A stretch of 64,000 nucleotides of DNA from an uncultured Methanoregulaceae archaeon (GCA_963841015.1 CAWJAX010000003.1:320001-384000); one strand, 5' to 3'; shown: positions 41,978 to 53,880, numbered from the stretch's first letter. The notes: a model not told the origin generated them from the sequence alone. Made by a program: numbers and translations.

Positions 41978-42811
41978 ATGGCATGTGTTGAACCTGGTTG
42001 GAATGGAACTAAAGCATTTGGAACAACTGTCAATGTCACCGATCCTGTTCAGGGAGGAGTCCCCAAAAACTGTTCATTTATCGCTGGAATTGCATCCCTT
42101 GCCTGGAAACAGAAAGTAGGTCTCCAGCAAGGTCCGACATACACTTTCAATTTTTATCGCATAGCGAATAATGTAACCATTTCAGATCCTCAACAAACAG
42201 ACGGGGTAGTCCCCAATCCGTTGCAAGCAAAGTCTGATGATCCGACCGAATTCTGGCCTGCCTTGTACGAGAAAGCATATTACCAGTGGTTGGAAAACCT
42301 CGGACTCACCAAACCATCGGCACGACCAAAATACTGTTCGCACACCACATGGCAAAATCCGAGTACGGTCTTGTTCCAGCTTACGGGAAAGACGGTAATC
42401 ACAAAAGGTTGCACGGATTGGAACACTGTTTTTAACGATATCAATGGATTCTGCACGAATTGCCCCAGAAGTATAATAAATAGAATGATAAACTCCCCTG
42501 CGGTTGCATGGACATACGATCCAGCGGTATCCAACCCCAACGGTGCGGTGTATTCCGATGCAACAATTGCCGCCAGACATACCTATTCACTGCTTGGCGT
42601 AGTGAACCTGGGAGACACCATGGATAAAAGATTCATTGTACTGCGCAACCCGTATGGAAAGAGTAAAGGTGATCCGAATATGCCCGGATATCTCTATACC
42701 AGCGCACCCTGGTGTAATAATATCATTCTTGGAGATGTTGACGGGATATTCGCGCTCCGTATCGACCAGTTTGTGAAGTATTTTGAAAAATATGCTTGGG
42801 CCACGGTATGA
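41978..42811 (+). CDS. Calpain-like (peptidase C2) cysteine protease
   Basis: QGG..NCSFIAGIASL, FWPALYEKAY, HTYSLLG and LRNPYG give a complete Cys-His-Asn triad. Confidence 0.8.
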   Translation: MACVEPGWNGTKAFGTTVNVTDPVQGGVPKNCSFIAGIASLAWKQKVGLQQGPTYTFNFYRIANNVTISDPQQTDGVVPNPLQAKSDDPTEFWPALYEKAYYQWLENLGLTKPSARPKYCSHTTWQNPSTVLFQLTGKTVITKGCTDWNTVFNDINGFCTNCPRSIINRMINSPAVAWTYDPAVSNPNGAVYSDATIAARHTYSLLGVVNLGDTMDKRFIVLRNPYGKSKGDPNMPGYLYTSAPWCNNIILGDVDGIFALRIDQFVKYFEKYAWATV

Positions 42812-42834
42812 TTATCCGGTTACAGGGATGATCT

Positions 42835-45800
42835 ATGCGTAAAGACAGGAATGGGAAAGAAAGGAAGCCAATACAGTTGCCTTTCTCTTTTGTTTTCTGT
42901 GCTTGCATTCTTTTCTTATTTTCAACTGTCGTTTTTCCGGTTTCTGCACTACTGAATGGTACGGAAACGCTGATTACTACTGAGGTCTATAAAACCCTCA
43001 CGTATCCGCCGGCCATAAACGGAGACCGGATAGCCTGGGCAACACAGGATATCGTAGATGATCCGGCATCAGGCTACAGTAGCAGATATATCATGATAAC
43101 GAACCTGACAAGCGGTGATCAATATACAATTCCTTCTCCAATGACCTCCTGGAATTCTGCACCCTCTCTTGAGAAAGATACCCTTGTCTGGATGCAGGAT
43201 CCGGATGGTTTGAATTTTAAAATCATTGCTTACAATTTGGCGACCAATACCGAGATCGCTGCAATCCCGGTAACTCCGGGTGATTACTATACTGACCCAA
43301 AGAATAATATCTTCCCAAAAATATCCGGCAATTCTATCATCTGGCAGGATTATTCCAATGGGAACTGGGATATATTTCATTATAACCTGACCCTGCCTCC
43401 GGGAACACCTCCGGAACAGATTATTACCGGGGGAGAAGACCAGAAAAATCCGGTAATTTCCGGAGATTATGTTGTGTATGAGAACTGGAGCGGACTCAGC
43501 TCCACATTGTATCTTTACAACCTGTCAGACAGAACATCAGTCCGGATTTCACCATCAGCAGATGAGATAAATCCTGCAATAGACGGCATGAATATCGTAT
43601 GGCAGAACCTCAGTCCAACGGGTAAAAAGAGGATACTATTTTACAACATCACATCCGGAGAAACCCGCCAGATACCCCCGGCAGATTTATCGTTTGATCA
43701 GACACATCCCAAAATCTTTGGGAAGTATATCGTCTGGGAAGATACCCGAGAACGCAACCCGTATACTGATATCTACCACTATGATCTCACCGATGGTTCT
43801 GAACGTTTGCTCACGCTAGGGTCACCCGGGAGTAAATTAATGCCGGCGGTGTCTGAAAACCGCATCGTCTGGGAAGACTGGCGTGCGATACATAGTGGTG
43901 AATATAACCCCGATATTTACCTGCTGACCCTTGGCACTCCGGAAACCTGTCCCGGAGCTAATTTCACAGCAAATTATCTCGTGGATCCCCCGGGGGGTCT
44001 GGTAACGTTTACTGACGCTTCCTCATCAGGTACGACTCCCATAGCGTATCGTATCTGGAACTTCAGCGATGGATCCTCATGGGAAAATGATCCTGCACCA
44101 GTCACGACCCACAGCCACATGTTCAGCCAGGATGGAGTATATACTGTCAAATTAACAACAGGCAATGCAAAATGCAGAAATATTTCAACTGGCGGACCAA
44201 GCCATACATTCTTTATCAACAGCTCCCCGATTGCTGATTTCACCGCAACGCCGCTGGAAGGATTATCCCCACTTACCGTCACATTTACTGACAGATCCTA
44301 TGGTGGCCCGACAAGACTTACATGGGATTTCGGCGATGGCAGTCCGGTAGCCAATGGCAGTTCTGTGAATCACCTGTTTACAGAAACCGGGAAAGAATAC
44401 AACGTTACGTTAACCGCATCGAACGGCCATGGCTCCTCAACAGCGACAAAAAACATCCGGACACTCATGGGAGCTCAGAGTGCAGCTTCGACACCCATCG
44501 ATGGCATCAGGGTTGATACCCGGTACAAAGGGCAGTTCCTTACCTATAATGCCACAATGCTGCCATCATTTATTCCGGCTGTTCCGACAACCATTCTCAC
44601 ATCCTTCCCACCCCTCCAGTACGGATGGCAGAATATCACCTTTGTGATTGCTGATAACGAGGCTATCAGTACGGATCCATCAAATACCACATTTTACGCA
44701 AACATTTCACGGTTCTCCTTAACGTCAAACGATACGATTGCCACTACAACCGGCTCGATTCCGCGGATTGGCAACAACTGGGGTGTCAGCTACCAGATGA
44801 ATACTACCGTTTATCCGTCACCGGCATCATTCATGACTGATACACGGGAAGGTGCATCGGCAGGTGATCGTGCAGTATTTGATGATATTGCTTCAAAGGT
44901 CTGGCCTTCTGGTACGCTTGTACGCGATATTGCCTATACCGCAACATTCACGAAACAGAATATCAGACACGAAGGTACTGCAATAATTAATATGAGTGTC
45001 GCCGAAGACTGGGTGAAGGGTCCAGCTGCATCTGTAACCGAAGGCCGGAATTATACCTATATTATGGCATATGGGTATGATACTGAGGGGAACAAGCAGG
45101 GGGCGATCCTATCCAAGCGCTATATTACTACCCATAATGGCCTGGACTATTATGAGGCGGAAGTTCCGGAATCAGCACTCTATCTCTCAAAATTCGCTCT
45201 CGTTAAACTTTCAGGTTCCGGAAATCCCTTCCAGCTCATCACTCTTACCGTTGCAAGCCATATTGATTTAGGTGATGGCGGAGGGGGAGGGGGTAGTGCT
45301 CCGGTTGCTGTTCAGAACACCTTAACCCCGGAGATAAAACCAGCAGCACTTCCTGATTCGGGAAAAACAGCCAAAATCTACGCAAACCTGCAGGGGGTCA
45401 TATCTCAGGCGACCATTCTCCAGTCAAGTGACGGGCTCACATCGGTTACCCTTGGTGAGGGGATTGTTGCAAAAGACAGCGTCGGTAAGTCACTTTCATC
45501 AATAGCCATCAAGGCAATTCCTGCAGATGAGATGCATGCGATCCCCCCAGGTTCTGCATTTACGTTCCAGGGTATGGCTTATGATCTGCAGCCGGATAAC
45601 GCAACATTCTCCCCGGAAATAACAATCAATTTCACTGTCCCGCAGGCAAGGTGGGGACAGGTGTTCGTTGTAAAAACATTTGATACCCCCTCTGGTACCT
45701 GGCAGGATGTCCCCACCAGATATAACCCAAATACCGGTATAGTAACTGCCCGCGTATCGCATTTCTGCTGTTTTGCTCTCTTTGCCAAAGCAGTTGCTCC

Positions 45801-46017
45801 CTCCCCAACCATAACTCCTGTTCCTGCGCTTCTCGCCCCGCAGGTAGCAGCACCACCTCCCCCCACTGCGATGTCCACATTCTCAGGTATGGTCCTGTGG
45901 ATAATTGATGTAGTATCGAAAAATGTTCTGGTCATTGCAGGAATTGTAATCCTCGCAGTTGCCTTATTCCTGTATGGAGGGAAACGGCGGCGTGACCGGT
46001 CGAGGTACCTTCGCTAA
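42835..46017 (+). CDS. Large cell-surface glycoprotein: beta-propeller, two PKD domains, C-terminal TM anchor
   Basis: Signal peptide, P.ISG..IVW.D repeats, WNFSDG/WDFGDG PKD motifs, many NxS/T sequons, TM plus KRRR. Confidence 0.85.
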   Translation: MRKDRNGKERKPIQLPFSFVFCACILFLFSTVVFPVSALLNGTETLITTEVYKTLTYPPAINGDRIAWATQDIVDDPASGYSSRYIMITNLTSGDQYTIPSPMTSWNSAPSLEKDTLVWMQDPDGLNFKIIAYNLATNTEIAAIPVTPGDYYTDPKNNIFPKISGNSIIWQDYSNGNWDIFHYNLTLPPGTPPEQIITGGEDQKNPVISGDYVVYENWSGLSSTLYLYNLSDRTSVRISPSADEINPAIDGMNIVWQNLSPTGKKRILFYNITSGETRQIPPADLSFDQTHPKIFGKYIVWEDTRERNPYTDIYHYDLTDGSERLLTLGSPGSKLMPAVSENRIVWEDWRAIHSGEYNPDIYLLTLGTPETCPGANFTANYLVDPPGGLVTFTDASSSGTTPIAYRIWNFSDGSSWENDPAPVTTHSHMFSQDGVYTVKLTTGNAKCRNISTGGPSHTFFINSSPIADFTATPLEGLSPLTVTFTDRSYGGPTRLTWDFGDGSPVANGSSVNHLFTETGKEYNVTLTASNGHGSSTATKNIRTLMGAQSAASTPIDGIRVDTRYKGQFLTYNATMLPSFIPAVPTTILTSFPPLQYGWQNITFVIADNEAISTDPSNTTFYANISRFSLTSNDTIATTTGSIPRIGNNWGVSYQMNTTVYPSPASFMTDTREGASAGDRAVFDDIASKVWPSGTLVRDIAYTATFTKQNIRHEGTAIINMSVAEDWVKGPAASVTEGRNYTYIMAYGYDTEGNKQGAILSKRYITTHNGLDYYEAEVPESALYLSKFALVKLSGSGNPFQLITLTVASHIDLGDGGGGGGSAPVAVQNTLTPEIKPAALPDSGKTAKIYANLQGVISQATILQSSDGLTSVTLGEGIVAKDSVGKSLSSIAIKAIPADEMHAIPPGSAFTFQGMAYDLQPDNATFSPEITINFTVPQARWGQVFVVKTFDTPSGTWQDVPTRYNPNTGIVTARVSHFCCFALFAKAVAPSPTITPVPALLAPQVAAPPPPTAMSTFSGMVLWIIDVVSKNVLVIAGIVILAVALFLYGGKRRRDRSRYLR

Positions 46018-47540
46018 TACCTGTCCTGAAGATTATAGACCTGGGGTGCCGGTTTCTGTTTGGTCACATCATCCTGAATCCCCTTGAAGATCCCAAGGGC
46101 AATAATAATCACCGGAACAATCTCAAGTCTTCCCAGCCACATGAGAACAATAAAAATCCATTTAATGGAGAGCGGACTTGCTGCAGAGATGAATCCTACC
46201 GTAAGTCCCACATTGCTCAGCCCTGAAACCAGTTCAAAAATTACTTCATCGAGCCGGAACGAGGTAATGTACACATGCAGGGAGATAATCGTCGCGACAA
46301 ATATTGTCAGAACATAGACAACAATAACGAGCATGTTCCGGGAGATCGCCAGCTCCGAGATCTCCCCTGAGAGTGTTTTCCCACCAAAACGGAGCGGTAC
46401 AAGGACGCGGCTGCTCACGAAGAAACGCCGGAACCACCATTTCACTCCCTCATAGGCAAGCATAACACGGTTTACCTTGATTCCTCCTGCAGCACTTCCC
46501 ATAGATCCGCCAATGAACATCATCATCCCGACAACAGCGATCGGGATTGCCACCCATTGATGCGGATCAGAGTTCTGCAGTCCGCAGGTGCAGAGTCCGG
46601 ATATTGCCGTGAAGGTGCCCTGCCGGAATGCAGTTGCAAGTGACAGATTGCCCAGAATGTACAGATCCCAGGAGGTTATGAGGGATCCTGCAAGGGCAAT
46701 CAGCAACAGCATTCTAACCGTAGTATCACGGAACATATCACGGACTTTCCCATGATACAGGAGAAAGAAGACCTTGAACGGGATCGCACCGGCAAGCATC
46801 ACCGGAATAAGCAGGATTTCCAGGAGCGGGTTGTTGTAGTACGCCAGCCCTCCGGAATGGACGGTGAAACCACCCGTAGCGATTGCCACCATCACAAGGT
46901 TAAGCGAATCCCAGAGAGGTATGCCCACGAACATGATAAGACCGGTGAATGCAAAGGTCAATACCAGGTAGATCATCCACATCCGCCGGCTGGTTGATGC
47001 CGCAGGAGAGACGAGTTCTTCTTCGCGCCCTTCAGCACGATAGAGCCGGAACAGTGATACCCGGGTTTTCCTTCGCAGTGAAATCCCGAATGCGATAATT
47101 CCGATACCCCCGATCCAATGGGTAAAAGACCGCCAGAAAAGAAGCGTTTTCGGGGTTGTGTCAAGTGAGGAAATCATGGAAAAACCGGTACCGGTCCACC
47201 CGGACATGGACTCAAAAAAACTGTCAGTAAAGTTCATGTGCAGACCGAACATGAAGGGAAGTGAACCAATAAGGGCAATCGCAAGCCACGAGAACGCAAC
47301 TGCAATAAGGGTACCGGAGAACGTTGGTTCAAGATCCTTATACGAAAGGCGTGATAACAGGCCTCCTGATGCCAGGAAAACGACAGGAGCAGACGCCATA
47401 GGAAGGAGCATATGCCACTCACGGAAAATAACCAGCACGAGAAATGGCAGCAGTGAAGCGATGCCAAGGAACTCAAAAATGCGACCCATGTCGTGAGCGA
47501 TCATGGCGATATGCTCGATGCGCTTCATCAAAATAATCAT
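46014..47540 (-). CDS. trkH: TrkH-family potassium uptake membrane protein
   Basis: FESMSGWTGTG, ATGGF, GGIK and GRLE. Confidence 0.9.
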   Translation of the reverse strand: MIILMKRIEHIAMIAHDMGRIFEFLGIASLLPFLVLVIFREWHMLLPMASAPVVFLASGGLLSRLSYKDLEPTFSGTLIAVAFSWLAIALIGSLPFMFGLHMNFTDSFFESMSGWTGTGFSMISSLDTTPKTLLFWRSFTHWIGGIGIIAFGISLRRKTRVSLFRLYRAEGREEELVSPAASTSRRMWMIYLVLTFAFTGLIMFVGIPLWDSLNLVMVAIATGGFTVHSGGLAYYNNPLLEILLIPVMLAGAIPFKVFFLLYHGKVRDMFRDTTVRMLLLIALAGSLITSWDLYILGNLSLATAFRQGTFTAISGLCTCGLQNSDPHQWVAIPIAVVGMMMFIGGSMGSAAGGIKVNRVMLAYEGVKWWFRRFFVSSRVLVPLRFGGKTLSGEISELAISRNMLVIVVYVLTIFVATIISLHVYITSFRLDEVIFELVSGLSNVGLTVGFISAASPLSIKWIFIVLMWLGRLEIVPVIIIALGIFKGIQDDVTKQKPAPQVYNLQDRY

Positions 47541-47648
47541 GCTGATTGGTTGTTTTATATTGTTATGGGTATCGTTTTTTTAGTGCAGTGCCAGTAAAAA
47601 ACCCGGCACAGCTATTAATTTCAGGACAGGTACAATAGGTAATCATTC

Positions 47649-48681
47649 ATGAAACATCTCAATTCCGACCTTTTTCCCTTTGCACTCTTAGTCATTCTTA
47701 TTCTCGTTGGATTCATTGCCTTCTGGTCGGTTGCGGATGTGGTAATACTCGGAGCTTCACTTGCAGTTGTCCTCATCCCGCTGCACCACCGGATTTCAGA
47801 GCACACCATTCCGGAGATCTCAGCGGCAATTGTGACCCTTGCGATTTTTCTGGGAGGGTGCATCATGGTACTATTCACGTACCTCGTCCTTTCTTCAAAC
47901 GTCGTTATACTGACCGGATTGTTTGGAACGATTGGAATATGGCTGAATAATCCTGCAACCAATCCCCTGGATTTTGGTATCCCGGTTGCCAAAGCCACAT
48001 TGTTTGACCTGCTCAATAAAGGGACAGCCCTTTTTGTAGACTACCAGGCAACCCTGCTCGGCAACCTGTCCCTTATCGTATTCAGGATATTCGTGTTTTT
48101 CGTTTCTTTGTTTTCCCTGCTGAGATGGGGTGAACGAGCTCAACATGAAATTCACGAGTCACGTTCCCGAAGTTTTGTCAGGGTATTTCAGGAAGTTGTC
48201 CGGAGTAACCGTGGATACGCTGTATGCAATTTACATTGTCCAGATCGCAATCGCGGCTCTCACGTTCTTCATAGCATTACCGGTTTTTTACCTGCTGGGA
48301 TACGGAAATGTCATTTTTTATTCCTTCCTCGCTGCTTTCTGTGAGCTTATCCCTATTCTCGGGTCATCTGTCGTATTCCTCCTGATGGGGACGTATGCAT
48401 TTGCTCTTGGGGATACCCGGGGAGTCCTCATCCTGTTCTTCCTGGGTTACCTGATTGTTTCCTGCGTGCCGGAATTTTATATCCGTCCCGTGCTTGTGGG
48501 CAGGCGGGTGAAGATTCATCCGGTTATTATGTTTATTGGCATTGTCGGAGGCACCCTCACCATGGGACTTGCCGGTTTCGTGCTGGGCCCGGTCATCATC
48601 GTCCTCATCATCACGAGCTTCCGAATCTATGTGCAGGAAAAAAAAGAACGATCCGTACAGGGAACTTCATCTCACCCTTAA
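47649..48681 (+). CDS. AI-2E family transporter, +1 frameshift near 48136
   Basis: LIPILG, IRP.LVG, IHP and G.AGFVLGP; two overlapping ORFs join. Confidence 0.82.
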
Positions 48682-48752
48682 TAAACAAATTATATCCCCC
48701 GTATTAAAAGAGAAAGGATTATACCTTATTTCTGACGACAGGTATTGAAGGA

Positions 48753-50567
48753 ATGCTTAAAAACTATTTCGCAATCCCGGGAATCGTCAAGTCGATGGGA
48801 CTTGTCTTTGGAGATATCGGCACGAGTCCGATTTATACCTTCACGGCAATTTTTCTCCTCATCCCCCCCACTCCTGAAAATGTGATGGGTATCCTTTCAC
48901 TGATTATCTGGACGCTCACAATTCTTGTAACTGTAGAATACACGTACCTCGCGATGCACCTTGGTAAGAAGGGTGAAGGCGGCACCATAGTGCTCAAGGA
49001 GATCCTTTTACCCTTATTGAAAACAGGAAATCAGGTTGCTTTTGTTTCATTCCTCACGATTGTAGGAATCGCTCTCTTTATCGGCGATTGTGTCATCACG
49101 CCGGCTATCACTATCCTTTCTGCAGTTGAGGGGGTACTCCTGATTCCGGGTCTGGAGAATACCTCTCAGGTCACGCTTATGGTCGTTGCCGGAATAATTG
49201 CCATTGTTCTTTTTTCAGTCCAGGCACGCGGTTCGGAAAAAGTTGCCTGGGCATTTGGCCCGGTAATGGTAATCTGGTTTTTAGCGCTTGCATCCGGCGG
49301 ACTGATGGCACTCTTTGCCGCCCCGCAGGTGCTCCTTGCACTCAATCCGATGTACGGTATCAATTACCTGCTACATAACGGTCTTGCAGGATTTCTTATC
49401 CTCTCATCGGTAATCCTGTGTGCAACCGGCGGCGAGGCATTATACGCAGACATGGGTCATCTGGGAAGAGAGCCTATCGTAAGGGCATGGTATCTGGTCT
49501 TTATTGCGCTTTCCATTAATTATTTTGGACAGGGAGCATTTCTGATCACCCATCCCGGTGCACAAAATATTCTTTTTGAAATGATGTACTCAGAGATGCA
49601 ACTGCTGTATATTCCGTTCCTGATTCTCAGCATCATTGCTTCCGTGATCGCCTCACAGGCAATGATATCGGGAATTTTTTCAATTATCTATCAAGGCATC
49701 ACTACCCGCATCATGCCCCTGCTGCATATCGATTTTACGTCCCCTCAACTCCGGTCGCAGATTTATATTGACATTGTCAACTGGTTCTTACTCTTTGCTG
49801 TCCTTCTCATGATTATCATATTCAAAACCTCAAACAACCTCACGCATGCTTATGGTCTTGCAGTCAGTGGCACCATGGTAATCACCGGTCTCATGATACT
49901 TTGGATTCTTTTCCTCCGCGGTGAGATTGTGAAGACATCGATCGCTTTGGGCGTGTTATCGGTTAATATGGTTTTTTTACTCGCAAACCTGAACAAAATT
50001 CCCTACGGGGGATACATTTCCCTGCTTATCGCTTTTATTCCGTTCTCCATCATATTTATCTTTGTTAAGGGCCAGAAAAAACTCGCCGCTGCCCTGAAAC
50101 CAGTTCCCCTCGATGAATTCCTGGGACAGTATAATGAACTGTATAAATCTATCAACAGGATTTCAGGATCGGCACTGTTCTTAGCCCGCGACTTCCGCAG
50201 CCTGCCCCCGTATATCCCACGGATTATGTTCACGAACAATATCATGTATGACGATAATATTATCGTTTCAATTATCCGGACAGAACAACCCTTTGGCGTA
50301 ACGTGGGGTGTCACCCGCGAGATCGCAAAAGGACTCTCAATCTTTGAGATATACCTTGGGTATATGGAGATAGTCGATATCGGGGCAATATTAAAAGAGG
50401 CTGAGATCGAAGAAAAGACCATCTTCTATGGTATGGAAGACATTGTGACCACCCACCCGATCTGGCGTATCTTTGCGGCGATAAAGCGTCTTTCGCCGGC
50501 ATTGGTCCAGTTTTATAAGCTGCCATCAGACAGGATCCATGGTGTTGTTACGAGGGTTGAGTTATAA
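48753..50567 (+). CDS. kup: KUP/HAK/KT potassium transporter
   Basis: VFGDIGTSPIY, GEGG, TPAI..LSAVEG, GGEALYADMGH, SQAMISG and AYGLAV. Confidence 0.93.
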   Translation: MLKNYFAIPGIVKSMGLVFGDIGTSPIYTFTAIFLLIPPTPENVMGILSLIIWTLTILVTVEYTYLAMHLGKKGEGGTIVLKEILLPLLKTGNQVAFVSFLTIVGIALFIGDCVITPAITILSAVEGVLLIPGLENTSQVTLMVVAGIIAIVLFSVQARGSEKVAWAFGPVMVIWFLALASGGLMALFAAPQVLLALNPMYGINYLLHNGLAGFLILSSVILCATGGEALYADMGHLGREPIVRAWYLVFIALSINYFGQGAFLITHPGAQNILFEMMYSEMQLLYIPFLILSIIASVIASQAMISGIFSIIYQGITTRIMPLLHIDFTSPQLRSQIYIDIVNWFLLFAVLLMIIIFKTSNNLTHAYGLAVSGTMVITGLMILWILFLRGEIVKTSIALGVLSVNMVFLLANLNKIPYGGYISLLIAFIPFSIIFIFVKGQKKLAAALKPVPLDEFLGQYNELYKSINRISGSALFLARDFRSLPPYIPRIMFTNNIMYDDNIIVSIIRTEQPFGVTWGVTREIAKGLSIFEIYLGYMEIVDIGAILKEAEIEEKTIFYGMEDIVTTHPIWRIFAAIKRLSPALVQFYKLPSDRIHGVVTRVEL

Positions 50568-50762
50568 TCAGATTTTATGGCAGGGATTGTTTTGTGGATT
50601 CGCCCCAGAATACCGGACACTCTTTTAAACCAACTGCAGGAACAATTCCCGAAAGGCAACAGATCGTGAATTGAATCGGTTTAGAACTGCTGCGAATCAG
50701 GGACCAGAGGGATATACTGAATTCGCTCAACTACCGTTCCGCTTCACAAAAAATTGATGATT

Positions 50763-51419
50763 TCAGATATATCCTACTCTTAACAGGAGAGAGATCAGCG
50801 AATAGAGTGCAAAGGAGAATACCACGAGGGTAATAATCAGAATACCTGTCCGTATCTTTATTGAATCCCACCGGGTATAGATGCCACAGAAGAAAAGAAC
50901 AATCGCAAAGAGGACCGTGTTGGAGATGTAGAGATCCCCGTTTGTATTTGCATCCTTGCCGTCGTTAAATGCGGTTGTTGCCATTGCTTCCAGATGGGCA
51001 CTCTCATTATATTTGGCCAGGGAATATTCAGGAAGTTCAAACGGTGTTCCCGGGGGAATCGGGTTTGTTGTACTGGCTTTGGCAATCCAGACTTCAAAAG
51101 CAGGTTTGAACTCTTCCCTGAAACGCTCTTCTAAAAATTTTGCTTCTCTGAGATCACCTTTGCCCATTGCATCGACCCAGCTCGTAAAAGTCTGAACATC
51201 GATTATCACCTGGGTATTGGCCGCGGTTGACGCCCTGACCGATTCTGTGCGGTACTTTGAAGCATCACCGAAATCAACTGCCTGGATTCCATTCCACCGT
51301 GTGGCCTGGTAGACGCAGAACGCTGTTGAGAGTGTGGCAATCAGGAGGAGGATGGCAAAAATGATATCCATCTTCGGAATGCCTTTTTGCGGAATTTTCA
51401 TCTGACCTGGAATGATCAT
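50763..51419 (-). CDS. Hypothetical membrane protein with extracellular loop
   Basis: N-terminal TM, soluble loop and two C-terminal TMs. Confidence 0.7.
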   Translation of the reverse strand: MIIPGQMKIPQKGIPKMDIIFAILLLIATLSTAFCVYQATRWNGIQAVDFGDASKYRTESVRASTAANTQVIIDVQTFTSWVDAMGKGDLREAKFLEERFREEFKPAFEVWIAKASTTNPIPPGTPFELPEYSLAKYNESAHLEAMATTAFNDGKDANTNGDLYISNTVLFAIVLFFCGIYTRWDSIKIRTGILIITLVVFSFALYSLISLLLRVGYI

Positions 51420-51614
51420 GGTAGATACCTTCGGATTCTCTATGAGATAATCTCCTCGATACTATAATTAGGTAACCAAATTCAGATAATCGCCTCTATC
51501 GGTAAGGAGGGATTAATCCGCAAACATCGAATAATCTTTTCACCTGATGGAGGAAAAGAGATATGTTTTCATCTGTCACTTTTCAGCTCTGTCTCTCTCC
51601 AGCCGAACTGAGCC

Positions 51615-52296
51615 TCAAATCTCACCGGTACCCTCATCAGGCTGTTTGTGAAGGTTTCGGACCAGGACAATAACACTTACCACCAGCACCCATCCCGGGA
51701 AGATCAGGGTCACCCAGGAGGAATAATCGATACTCAGCAATAACACAAGCGCCAGAACGTATGTCAGGTATGCCCAGCCACGGTGCATCAGACCGGTGCG
51801 GAGCAGAATGCTGGCCAGAGATATCATGAAAACACCTGACATTCGTATGGCATAGATGTTGAAGACATGATACAACACCATCCGGCTGTAGGTCAGTACA
51901 CCGCTCTGTATAAGGATACTCGATTCGATAGCGTAGCTGCTCAGCAGCCCGGCTGCCAGAGCTGCGCCTATGAAGGTCAGGGCCAGAAACAGCAGACCAC
52001 TACCGAGGAACACTGTCGCAAAGAGGCGATCTTCCATGTCGCTCATGAGATCACGAATTACACCGATGAACCAGAGAAAAGCAATCCCTGCAAACGGAAT
52101 AAGGTTCAGCGCCAGAGTGACCGTTGTTGTGTCTGCCTCCAGCCACGCGAGGAAAGCTGTGGGATCGTGGGGAAGGGAGTCTGTTTATGAGTACCATGCT
52201 GGTTCCGTACAGGACAGAAAAGATTATCCCGGCAATTGCCGCAGCACGCGGTGTTTTCAGTGCCTGACGTTTCGATGCGCCAGATGTTTCCGTCAT
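51615..52296 (-). CDS. Hypothetical multi-TM protein, frameshift near 52183
   Basis: LKTPRAAAIAGI... continues in the shifted frame as LIPFAGIAFLWFIGVIRD..EDRLFATVFLGSG. Confidence 0.7.
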
Positions 52297-52612
52297 GGGC
52301 TTATCCGTTCCTTCAGGATTTGTTCATAGATGATTATCTCCCCCGACAGGCAACAGGTTGCTTCTTCATTTGTTAGTTTACCTGTACATGAATGAACAAT
52401 TTTTGTGAGAGAGATTTGATTGAATTCTAACACTGAACAGTGTGCGCAATTCCTGTGCAGCCAAAAGTCTTCTGTGAGGCTTTTGTTCTCTTTTTATATA
52501 GTAATATCCCTGGAGCAAACATCTGTTCATCAGGCACTATTCTCTTAAAAATTTTTAGCTGGGAAAATGCGAACCTATTTCACCGGGATACTCCCAACAA
52601 TTCTCTGATATA

Positions 52613-53547
52613 GTGAAAAAGTCCCCGGGTCTTCTCTGGTATGGTGTGCTGGCATTCGGTATCCTGATCCTATGTTGCACCATACTTATCGGTTATATGT
52701 ACTGGGAAGCCGGGACCGTTGAAGTCACAGCCCTTTCTGTTCCCGGGGCCCCTTCCGGCATTGTTTTTATCGCCGATCCTCATGTAAGACCAGAGAACAT
52801 TGAGCATACACGAGGGGTAATCAGGGCAATAAACAGCCTGCACCCTTCGGTAGTCCTCATCGGGGGGGATTTTTCTTACCACGGGCATGAAAACCTCTCG
52901 CTCCAGGAAGTATGGAAAGAGATCGATGCCCCGGTATATGCCGTTTTAGGGAACCATGACTATCTTGCTGGTATTGACGGTGGTGGAATGAAGGGGCGGA
53001 TATCATGGCTGCAGGAACTGTTGCTCCGCTCAAACGATCATGATGCCGGGTTTCTGTACAGTGATTTCCCGGATCCGGACCATGCACAGGCTGTCGTTTC
53101 GGTTCTGGAACAGAACGGGGTAACCGTTCTCCGGAATGAGTACGTGGACATTGACCTTGACGGGAAGCACCTTATGCTGGTCGGTGTTGATGACATCTGG
53201 GCGGAGAGGGATGATCCCCCTGAGATTCCCGATACCGGAGCCTATGTTATCTACCTAGTCCATGAACCCGCATGGCGATCAGACTGGGATGCTGACCTCG
53301 TCCTCTCCGGTCACACGCATGGCGGGCAGTACAAATTCCCCCTGTCTGGGTCATAGAAAAACTCCAGATAATCCAGATACGGGGTCTTTCCTGGAAGGGT
53401 GATGTCCCGCTGTACGTAACCCGTGGAACGGGAACCTCGGATCATGCCATGGAGTTCCGGTATCTCTCACCTCCGGAAATAGTGGTGATCAATCCTGAAC
53501 CGGGAACCCTTCCGGATAATGCCGTTCATACTATTGTTTCCCGCTGA
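52613..53547 (+). CDS. Membrane-anchored metallophosphoesterase, frameshift near 53345
   Basis: ADPH, GGD, GNHD, HEP and GHTHGGQ; the shifted frame supplies YVTRG.G...PPEIVVI. Confidence 0.85.
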
Positions 53548-53639
53548 CAATTGCACGGACTTTTTCCAACAGTGCGGTCGCAGACAGACACGTCATCTTC
53601 GAATTGATTGCGATTCATGGCATTTTTTTTTGAGTACGG

Positions 53640-53880
53640 AAGGTATATTTCGCGAATCTGTTTCCGTCAGGTATCAGACCCCCCACCAACCACCAGAAGA
53701 TACAGCAGAATCAGGATAATTAACAAAAACATACCGATGATAGAGCTCCCGATCCACGTCACTTACCCGGTGTTCCCCAAGACAGATACAGGATGGGCCA
53801 ATGAGCACAATCAGAGCGGCATCGACAGAAATGACTGCCCACCGCATCCATCCTTTGAGCTATCCATCGTAGCTGACAAG
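53640..53880 (-). pseudogene. Possible remnant of a membrane-protein gene
   Basis: Broken hydrophobic frames (..TWIGSSIIGMFLLIILILLYLLVVGG..) with no start. Confidence 0.3.
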
